DNA of 64,000 nucleotides from NCBI GenBank assembly GCA_963662795.1, contig OY759746.1:672001-736000 (forward strand). Direction: 5' to 3'. Positions 50,227 to 57,670 of the stretch are shown here, piece by piece. Position numbers and translations under genes: made by a program. The stretch comes from Spirochaetia bacterium. Lineage in GTDB: Bacteria > Spirochaetota > Spirochaetia > CADAEX01. The notes beneath the pieces are model-generated. The model saw nothing but the letters and a program-made list of their open reading frames with translations, did no database searches and had not been told where the DNA came from. Each line of letters starts with the position of its first letter. Positions within the stretch are counted from its first letter, which is position 1.

Positions 50227-51181
50227 AATAATATACCTCCGGTTTTTCAATAACAGCAGTTTTCACCAGCATCTTGTTTCCGATAAAAGTAATGTAGGGA
50301 GCAGCGCTACCATACCCGGAATAAAGAATATGGTGATTGCGAATTCCTATGACGTTTTGCCAGATACCAATTTTATTACCATCATTCCATAATGGATTAT
50401 GCCCCACAATAAAATGAGTATCCTCGGGCATATCAAGCATATCAAGAGCAAGCCGAAGGTCTTTTTCTCCATATTCCTTTAGACTCGGATTGCCATGGAA
50501 TTCATTTACCCTATTCCATAGGAGCTGGTGGAGTTTTTCAGGATAATCCTTGATGTTGATCAATTCATCCTTTACAACACCACCATGGGGTGGGCCTGCA
50601 TGCGTTATAACAAATTCCTTACCGATAATAAATACAGGCAGGCTATTGAAAAATTTTTCTACTGCTGTAGTAAACTCGGGGCCTTTTTCGGCCATCAATG
50701 TCTTTCTGAGTTCCAGGCCCTGTGAAATACCGCTCTTTCGAAGTCTTTCGTCAAAGGTATCATGGTTACCCCTGATATAGTAAATACGTCCGGGATATTG
50801 CAGAATAAGACGAAGAACATCATCAAGGATATCTACAGAAGTCTGCATATCTTTCATGTGACCTGTACGGTCATCATGCAGCGCATCTCCCAAAAGGATG
50901 CAGGAAGCTTTACCTGATTCAATATCCGCACGATTTGTCTCATGTCCGAGTATCAGAGCAAGATTCTCCCGATTTGCGTGAAGATCACCTATAATGATCG
51001 GCCGTATGTCATTGGGAAAGAGAATTAACCCGCCAGGTAAATTATCCCTGTCTGACAAACGACCGGGTAATGTACCCAATATTTTCATTGCTTTTTCTAC
51101 AAGTTTTACACCATCTATATCTTTTTTTGAAACATCCACCCCGGAGATGGATTCAGAGCCAGTTTTTAATTTCCGTGACAT
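50219..51181 (-). CDS. Calcineurin-like (PPP-type) metallophosphoesterase
   Basis: IGDLHAN, LGDALHD, RGNHD, THAG, LLWN and VGHN motifs. Confidence 0.88.
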   Translation of the reverse strand: MSRKLKTGSESISGVDVSKKDIDGVKLVEKAMKILGTLPGRLSDRDNLPGGLILFPNDIRPIIIGDLHANRENLALILGHETNRADIESGKASCILLGDALHDDRTGHMKDMQTSVDILDDVLRLILQYPGRIYYIRGNHDTFDERLRKSGISQGLELRKTLMAEKGPEFTTAVEKFFNSLPVFIIGKEFVITHAGPPHGGVVKDELINIKDYPEKLHQLLWNRVNEFHGNPSLKEYGEKDLRLALDMLDMPEDTHFIVGHNPLWNDGNKIGIWQNVIGIRNHHILYSGYGSAAPYITFIGNKMLVKTAVIEKPEVYYYG

Positions 51182-51239
51182 TTATTCTCCTAATTTATGC
51201 TATCATGATGAGAACTACACGGTAGGCAACTTATTTCTC

Positions 51240-52268
51240 TTATTTCGGAGATTTAGTTGTTCCCGTTTTTGAACTTTTACTCTTGGCCGTTGCATTTTTT
51301 AGTTTCCTGACTGTTTTACGGGGCTTTAACTCCGGTTTTTTTTCGGAATTTACCTCTAAAACACTTTCATTTACTATTTTATCAGGTTTACCAGATTCAT
51401 CAGCAGTTTTATTCACAACCTTTATCTCCGGCACTGCATCAGTTTCTTTTACAAATCGGCCATAAACATCACGTTTACGCTGTCTCCGTTTAGAAACAAG
51501 ATCAACATAATCATCCTCAGGATGCACACCCATTCTATCCTGCAAGCGGACAAGTAATGGTTCCGGTATGGCATCGACAAGCTCTCTTGTATGATCAAAA
51601 TATGCATAACGGACATTAAATGCGTGTTTTGACAGGACGTTTTTATCCTGTTCACCATAATAATCTCCCACATGAGCAATTCTGTCAAGAATTTCAAGAA
51701 TAAGTTTGTTAAGAGGATGTTCCTGAGGTTCATCTTTAATCAGAAACTTACCAAGGGCATGGATATCCATTATTGAAAGTTTACGAATTCGGTAACCATC
51801 ATCCGGATCAAAGTAGGCATTCTGAATTATTCCAAGAACAGCTTCAAGAGCCGGTGAATAAATTTCATCAGGATGGCGTGAATACAGCATTTCAAATGCC
51901 GCATCCAGCAAGTCAATTCCGGGACGTATGGTAGAAAAAAGAAGACGTGCGGTACGATCATGCAATAATTCATCTATAACCCAGGGATTATTGGTCATTA
52001 TCATACGGAGGAAAAGCCAGTAATTATCGTTGCTCAGACCTGCATAATTCAGATATCTGGCAAATGCTACTGCACTCTCCACCTGCGGTTGAGTTGTACA
52101 TGCAAATAATGCTTCACGAAGATTATGCGCATGATCACGGATTAGCCGTTTATCGTTGTCTATGAGTAAAAATCCTGTCTTAGCTGGCATTCCTGCATAC
52201 CCCCTTTTAGTATCGGAAGAAAGGGAGGCTCTATTTACTTCCATAAAAGAATTATTCTCCAAAATCAT
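51240..52268 (-). CDS. Hypothetical protein, unrecognised family paralogue D, with an N-terminal extension and a Lys-rich C-terminal tail
   Basis: FARYLNYAGLSNDNY, NNPWVID, EIYSPAL, DGYRI, DIHALGKFL and HAFNVR.AYFD align with A-C; AAGGAG RBS. Confidence 0.85.
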   Translation of the reverse strand: MILENNSFMEVNRASLSSDTKRGYAGMPAKTGFLLIDNDKRLIRDHAHNLREALFACTTQPQVESAVAFARYLNYAGLSNDNYWLFLRMIMTNNPWVIDELLHDRTARLLFSTIRPGIDLLDAAFEMLYSRHPDEIYSPALEAVLGIIQNAYFDPDDGYRIRKLSIMDIHALGKFLIKDEPQEHPLNKLILEILDRIAHVGDYYGEQDKNVLSKHAFNVRYAYFDHTRELVDAIPEPLLVRLQDRMGVHPEDDYVDLVSKRRQRKRDVYGRFVKETDAVPEIKVVNKTADESGKPDKIVNESVLEVNSEKKPELKPRKTVRKLKNATAKSKSSKTGTTKSPK

Positions 52269-52319
52269 GGTAAGTATTCTCCTTTATCAAAAATGCCTTT
52301 AATTATCCGGCAATTTACC

Positions 52320-53081
52320 CTATTTTTCTCTTTGCTGGTTGTCCACTACATAATGTCCGCGGCCCAGTATTTTGGCTTTTCCCAGGGCGTCCCTCGCACG
52401 TGCCAATATAACATCGCTTTTCTGAGGAGAACCAGCCGCGACTCCGACTGAGCCGCCTATCCATACCACGCCGGTAGGTAATTCAACCGGTCTTTGCAGC
52501 ATTTCAGCCAGTTTTCCGGCCTGTTCCGCAGCAATTTCATTTGAATACTTCGGAACAACATTTGCGATAGCGGCAAACTCATCACCCGAAGTTCTGGCTG
52601 CGATTCCCTCAGGCCCGGCACAGGACGCAACCCGTTTTGCAACTTCTATTAAAACCGCATCTGCTATTTGTTTTCCATGCACCCGTTCAACCTGCTCAAA
52701 CCCGGCAAGGTCGGCAGATAAAACAACAATCCCTTTACCATCAGCGGCAAGCCTTGGACTTTTTTCCTGAAACCAAGCATTAAGGCCATTCTCGTTCGCG
52801 AGTCCGGTAAGCAGGTCAATTCTGTCATCCGGTATCTCCTTATCCCCAATCGGCGCTGTACTTTCCTGATTGACTGTAAAAACATCAAAAGTTTTTGCCT
52901 TTGCCTGCCATATAAAATAAATCAGACAGAAAATACCCAGCAGCAGGGCTGTCAGCAGGGATATTGCAAGACCTCCCGTCAGTGCAGAGAAACTTCCCAG
53001 CAAACTTGATACTGTAACCAGAATAGCTATCCATATCTGTGTGGATTTCAGTTTTTGACCTTTTATTTTTTTTGTTTCCAT
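52320..53081 (-). CDS. Membrane-anchored degenerate GGDEF-domain protein
   Basis: Two N-terminal TM helices; DLLTGLAN; DLAGFEQVERVHG (canonical DxDxFKxxNDxxG altered); ARTSGDEF; SVGVA; AK..GRG. Confidence 0.85.
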   Translation of the reverse strand: METKKIKGQKLKSTQIWIAILVTVSSLLGSFSALTGGLAISLLTALLLGIFCLIYFIWQAKAKTFDVFTVNQESTAPIGDKEIPDDRIDLLTGLANENGLNAWFQEKSPRLAADGKGIVVLSADLAGFEQVERVHGKQIADAVLIEVAKRVASCAGPEGIAARTSGDEFAAIANVVPKYSNEIAAEQAGKLAEMLQRPVELPTGVVWIGGSVGVAAGSPQKSDVILARARDALGKAKILGRGHYVVDNQQREK

Positions 53082-53153
53082 AAAATTAGTATCGACAAAA
53101 TTTTAACGGGTTTCAAATTTTATTAAGTTAGGCAGGGTTTGGAGATTACTGTT

Positions 53154-55109
53154 TTACCTTTTCGATATAGTTGATAACGCATGCCATGGCTCAATCCGTT
53201 TATGCTCATAAAAAACAAAGACACAAACCGGTGCGTTATGAATCCCGCCCGCTATCTGGGTTAAAAGCTGATGCAGATCCTTCTGAATGCTTTCCCCGCC
53301 CCGTATAACAAGCACAAGAGGTTTCTTTTTTCGGCTGAAAGCCAATAGTGAAGAGACTATGCTTTTTTGGCATTTTTTGGTCCTGAGTATATGTTCTTTT
53401 ATTATTTCTGCATCTCTTCCGTAAAGGACACGACCGACAGGATAAGATTTAAAAACACCAAATGTATCCTGCTTTGCGACAAGATGCGCCAGATAAAGCA
53501 AGGCATTTCTGGTTTCACCCGGCAATGCCTTGGCCAGGCCCTGCCGCAGCATTATTGCAAAATCAATGATTCCGGCTTTACCGTAACGCGCACAGGACCC
53601 AAGATTAACATAAAGACTTTCATTTTTCAGTGTTTCAAGTGAATTAAATAAATCGGCAGTTAAAACCGCTGACGGCGGTTCCTGAATATATCTGAAACAC
53701 CCTTTTCTCTTTTGAGCTCTTTTTATTGAAACCTCTATAATCCCCCGCACATCCTGAAATCTGACATGATGATAATTCCAGCTAATGTTTTTTTTCAGAG
53801 ATTCACCAGATACTTGCACCTGATTTATTGCCAGGAAAGACACTTTAGCCTTGTCCGGAATATTTGGGCCGGTATCGTTATTTTGCGGTGCTTTATCAAT
53901 AGTTATGTTTTTATGGGAAATCGGATTACCCGCAGTTTTGAATACTGTTTTTTCCTGCAAGATATCAGTATGCAGAATATCTTCACCCACGGATATTTTA
54001 ATCTTTTCCGGTAAACGGACAAAGATATTATTATTCATCCCCTTTTCACCAGTTATTGCATGTATTCCATTAGCTATGTAATCATCAATTGACCAATGCA
54101 ATTCATTTTCATCTACCGTATTCAATTCCTGTTTTTCAAGCCGCTCGACAGAGGCCTGATCATTGAAAGTCTTTACAGGATACAGCACATCAATACCGCT
54201 TTCTCTGTCTTTTACAGGTTCTTTCAGTGATTTAAAATAATTGACAGAGTCGAATAATGATAATTCAGAAGATTCAATAAAAAACCGTAAATCATTTATC
54301 ATGTCAATGCAGGTACCATACCGGCGTGTAATGTCTGGCAGCAATGCACGGAGGGTTATCCGCACCAGCCTTTCAGGAACACCGCGGCGCAATAAGGAAT
54401 TGGTTGTAAATATGAGCGAAGCTGTATCTGATTTTAAAGATTGTAAAGAATCGGGAAAAGGTACTCTGCCTGTAAAAAATCTTACCAGATGGATACCCAG
54501 TGAATAAACATCGCTTCCTTCACATAATTCATTTCTTTGTTTATATTCCGGTGCAATATAAGCATGATTTTCTGACAATATTTTTTCTTTTTCCGGTAAT
54601 ACAGAGAGCATTGAAAACAAACCAGGTTTCTGAATCTTTACTGAATAATTTGATTCACTTATTTTTTTAACAAGAACGTTCTCGGCATTTAAATTTCCAT
54701 AGATTATCCCCTGATCATGAAATGACGCAAGGCCACGTGCAAGGGAAATTATAATTTTGCATATTTGTTCAAGTTTCCAGTCTTTTTTTTTCTCAAGAAC
54801 TGATAATAGATTTGTCTCGTCATTGTATTCAGAAGATATAAAAAGCTGTTTATTAAAAAAATCCATTTCAATAAAATCAGCTATATACTGACCACTTACC
54901 CTATAACATTTTATTGCTTCTGAGCGAAGTTCATCAAAAGAACCAGCAGAGTTGTCATTGTTTTTTACAAACCGTAACAGAAATTTTGTTGCTGAAAAAA
55001 TAGCTGTAGCTTTCCAGTGTTCAGTAAATGTATCTTCACCAATCCTGTTCTGCATTATATAACATTCATTTACGACCATTTGTTCCTGTAGCATATCTAA
55101 ACTCACCAT
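53154..55109 (-). CDS. Ser/Thr kinase-fold pseudokinase with a C-terminal degenerate AAA-like region
   Basis: HDQGIIYGNLNAENVLV (HRD changed to YGN), KPG in place of DFG; YIAPE and SDVYSLG retained. C-terminal KPLVLVIRGGE resembles a broken Walker B. Confidence 0.75.
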   Translation of the reverse strand: MVSLDMLQEQMVVNECYIMQNRIGEDTFTEHWKATAIFSATKFLLRFVKNNDNSAGSFDELRSEAIKCYRVSGQYIADFIEMDFFNKQLFISSEYNDETNLLSVLEKKKDWKLEQICKIIISLARGLASFHDQGIIYGNLNAENVLVKKISESNYSVKIQKPGLFSMLSVLPEKEKILSENHAYIAPEYKQRNELCEGSDVYSLGIHLVRFFTGRVPFPDSLQSLKSDTASLIFTTNSLLRRGVPERLVRITLRALLPDITRRYGTCIDMINDLRFFIESSELSLFDSVNYFKSLKEPVKDRESGIDVLYPVKTFNDQASVERLEKQELNTVDENELHWSIDDYIANGIHAITGEKGMNNNIFVRLPEKIKISVGEDILHTDILQEKTVFKTAGNPISHKNITIDKAPQNNDTGPNIPDKAKVSFLAINQVQVSGESLKKNISWNYHHVRFQDVRGIIEVSIKRAQKRKGCFRYIQEPPSAVLTADLFNSLETLKNESLYVNLGSCARYGKAGIIDFAIMLRQGLAKALPGETRNALLYLAHLVAKQDTFGVFKSYPVGRVLYGRDAEIIKEHILRTKKCQKSIVSSLLAFSRKKKPLVLVIRGGESIQKDLHQLLTQIAGGIHNAPVCVFVFYEHKRIEPWHALSTISKR

Positions 55110-55117
55110 GAACCGCT

Positions 55118-55177
55118 AAAAAAAATCCCGCTGAAATTATTCTGCCTCTTGCAGGCTGAAAAATCCCGGCGGGGGTT
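55118..55177 (-). terminator. Intrinsic terminator between paralogue A and the pseudokinase gene (copy 2)
   Basis: Same hairpin as 46914-46972 but with T8; ends ~8 nt before the pseudokinase ATG. Confidence 0.75.
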
Positions 55178-55196
55178 TATTTGCAACTAATTACTC

Positions 55197-55898
55197 TTAT
55201 AATTCTATTTTAGCAACATTGGGTTTGACCTGTTCCTGTAAATAGTCTCCCCTCACAAGCAGAACATCAGGGATTGACTCGCTGAGTTTCTTCGTCATGT
55301 CAAGAAATTTACCCCGGATATTATTCGCCTGCAGTGCTACATCCTTTACTTCGTTCGATGGCAGCTCTTTCTGCGGCTCTATCAGCGTGGCTATCCTGTC
55401 AAGCACCGACAGCACTACCCTGTTGAGCATATCCATCTGGTCTTTTGTTTTATCAAGGTGTTTTCCAAGATTATTCACATCGCTTACCGTAAGCGGATAT
55501 ATCCTGTACCCCTCTTCCGGCATCTCATAACAGGCAGTCAGAAGGCCATATATTATTACAAGCGCTTTCGGATATATCTCTCCTGGTTTCCACTTCGTCA
55601 GCATCCGGAAACATTCCTTTATCATAAAGGTATTGAACTGTATTGTTCCAAGGAATTTACTCGGCTCCCTCTCCCCTACAAGTGTTTCTATTACCCACGG
55701 ATTTCCTGCTTCAATCAGCCTGAAATATATGGGATAGTTGTCAGGATTCAATCCAACTTTATGTACCAGGAAATGCGCCAGCGCTACTGCGGCAAAGGCG
55801 CTGTACCCTTCCTTGCTGTCTATTATTTCTTTTATATACCCTAATGCAAGTTCGTCTATCTCTTTCTCAGACCACAGCGGCCATTCTACACCAGACAT
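55197..55898 (-). CDS. Hypothetical protein, paralogue A (copy 2)
   Basis: Translation identical to 46992-47693. Confidence 0.85.
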   Translation of the reverse strand: MSGVEWPLWSEKEIDELALGYIKEIIDSKEGYSAFAAVALAHFLVHKVGLNPDNYPIYFRLIEAGNPWVIETLVGEREPSKFLGTIQFNTFMIKECFRMLTKWKPGEIYPKALVIIYGLLTACYEMPEEGYRIYPLTVSDVNNLGKHLDKTKDQMDMLNRVVLSVLDRIATLIEPQKELPSNEVKDVALQANNIRGKFLDMTKKLSESIPDVLLVRGDYLQEQVKPNVAKIEL

Positions 55899-55976
55899 TG
55901 CTACCTCCACTCTGAAGTTAAGGCCGCTTTACTTCTTTCCAAAATATCGCGGCCCTATTTCACATTATCTTCTACT

Positions 55977-56696
55977 CTATTCTTCTGCAGGTTTCTCAAC
56001 TTCAGCAAGAGGAATAAGTTTCCTCGGCTGTACATCCTTGTCAAGATTAGGTTCAAGTCTCAGCTGGACTTCCGGTATGACGTCAACAAGATGTTTCTTG
56101 GTATCGAAGAAATTGTTTCTTATATTGTGCGCATGTACTGCAAGGTCTTCCATATCTTCATCCACATTCTGTCCTTCAAGCGAAGACAGCTTATCCAGTA
56201 TATCAAGGATACTCCGGTTAAGCAGGTCATCCTGTCCTTTTTCCTCATTCAGGTGTTTTCCCAATGAGTTAACATCTGCTACTGATGGCGGATAGATTTT
56301 ATATCCATCAAGCGGCGAATTATAGGTCGCCTGAAATACTCCAAGTATTATTCCAAGGGTCTTCGGATATATCTCTGCCTTCCGGTATTTTGTCAATATT
56401 GTAAAGCATGTCGATACTATGAAATAGTTCGGCTGTATTGAACTCATGAACAAAAACGGATCCCGCGATCCAAGCAGGGCATCTATTACATTGTGGTTTC
56501 TTACTGTCAGTATATTCAGAAATACCGGATAGTTTCCATTTGTTATTCCAGTGAAGTTCAGATAGCTTGCGTATGTCGTCGCTGATTCTACTGCTTCAAT
56601 TGTCCGGCAGCCCAAAATACCTTTAAGCATATTATATTCTATCTGCTGAACGTCACTATCGGTCCAGTCCTGCTTTTTTTCAAATAGCTCCTTCAT
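55977..56696 (-). CDS. Hypothetical protein, paralogue B (copy 2)
   Basis: Translation identical to 47772-48491; two synonymous SNPs seen. Confidence 0.87.
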   Translation of the reverse strand: MKELFEKKQDWTDSDVQQIEYNMLKGILGCRTIEAVESATTYASYLNFTGITNGNYPVFLNILTVRNHNVIDALLGSRDPFLFMSSIQPNYFIVSTCFTILTKYRKAEIYPKTLGIILGVFQATYNSPLDGYKIYPPSVADVNSLGKHLNEEKGQDDLLNRSILDILDKLSSLEGQNVDEDMEDLAVHAHNIRNNFFDTKKHLVDVIPEVQLRLEPNLDKDVQPRKLIPLAEVEKPAEE

Positions 56697-56719
56697 AAAA
56701 TAATTCTCCTTTCCTTATT

Positions 56720-57418
56720 TTAATCAACGAAGAGTTGTCTTGGTGCAGTTTCCTTGGCTACATAATCAGATTTTACAAGGAGAACCTGCGGTATAATATC
56801 TTCCATTTTCTTCCGTTTATCAAAGTAGAATGTCCTGATATTATTTGCTTGGCGGGCCATTTGTTCTTTTTCCGGACTGCTCGATGTTCCCGCAAGTGAG
56901 CCTAACCGATCCAGTATGTCCAGAATACACCTGTTATTCAGATCATCCTGTCCGAGTTCCTTATTCAGATGCTTTCCAAGATTATTTACATCATTTATTG
57001 ACACTGAATATATCTTGTACCCGTCCTTCGGGGATGCATATGCTGCCTGCAGTATTCCAAGCACTACTGACAGTGTTACAGGGTATATACCTCCGGGATG
57101 CCAGTTCGTCAGAAGCTTGAAGCCTGTATAGCCCAGATAGCTGTTAGGCTGTATCGGACTCAGCATTAAAAAAGGATCCTTTTTCCCTACCATAGTATCA
57201 ATCACCCAATGATTTTCTACTTCCAGCAGTTTCAGAAAGAGGGGATAATTATCATTACTTAATCCCGATAAACTTAAAAATCTTGCAAAACTTATTGAAC
57301 CTTCTACAGCCTCTTCCGTCCGGGACCCCAGCATATTCTGCACTATCCCCAGCTGTACCTTCATTATAGTCTCTTTCGACCATGTCCTTTCGATTACCCG
57401 TTCGCTCTGCTTGTCCAT
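56720..57418 (-). CDS. Hypothetical protein, paralogue C (copy 2)
   Basis: Translation identical to 48515-49213; one synonymous SNP seen. Confidence 0.85.
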   Translation of the reverse strand: MDKQSERVIERTWSKETIMKVQLGIVQNMLGSRTEEAVEGSISFARFLSLSGLSNDNYPLFLKLLEVENHWVIDTMVGKKDPFLMLSPIQPNSYLGYTGFKLLTNWHPGGIYPVTLSVVLGILQAAYASPKDGYKIYSVSINDVNNLGKHLNKELGQDDLNNRCILDILDRLGSLAGTSSSPEKEQMARQANNIRTFYFDKRKKMEDIIPQVLLVKSDYVAKETAPRQLFVD

Positions 57419-57495
57419 TACCACCTCCACATTGCGACAAACCAAATATTAAAAAATTATATAAACCCAACTACTATAATAATAGTAACACGTAT

Positions 57496-57524
57496 ATTAT
57501 AAAACACGTATATTAAAGTGTCCA
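57496..57524 (-). promoter_or_regulatory. Sigma70-type promoter for the paralogue operon
   Basis: Minus strand TGGACA (57524-57519), 17-nt spacer, TATAAT (57501-57496). Confidence 0.7.
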
Positions 57525-57670
57525 GTTAAAAAAATGTTCAGCACTAACTAATATTATAGTTAGTTTTCGATTCAGATTCAGGTATTTCTAACGGAATCAG
57601 TAAAAGCTGCTGCAAAAATCGTCAAAAATATATTGTTTTCAATAATCAGCGACCTTTCGATCCAGATTTT

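Larger units (their letters stand above)
55098..57484. repeat. Direct repeat copy 2 (~2.39 kb; probably the original) of the three-paralogue block
   Basis: Matches 46894-49279; retains an upstream promoter and runs into the intact pseudokinase gene. Confidence 0.97.

Noticed and set aside
46894-57484. Composite transposon or prophage bounded by the 2.39-kb repeats
   Set aside because: The repeats encode no transposase or integrase, I see no terminal inverted repeats or target duplication, and no phage genes are present.
57487-57515. CRISPR-like or iteron repeats
   Set aside because: Only two 13-bp units with a 3-bp gap, and no cas or rep gene; better explained as promoter elements.
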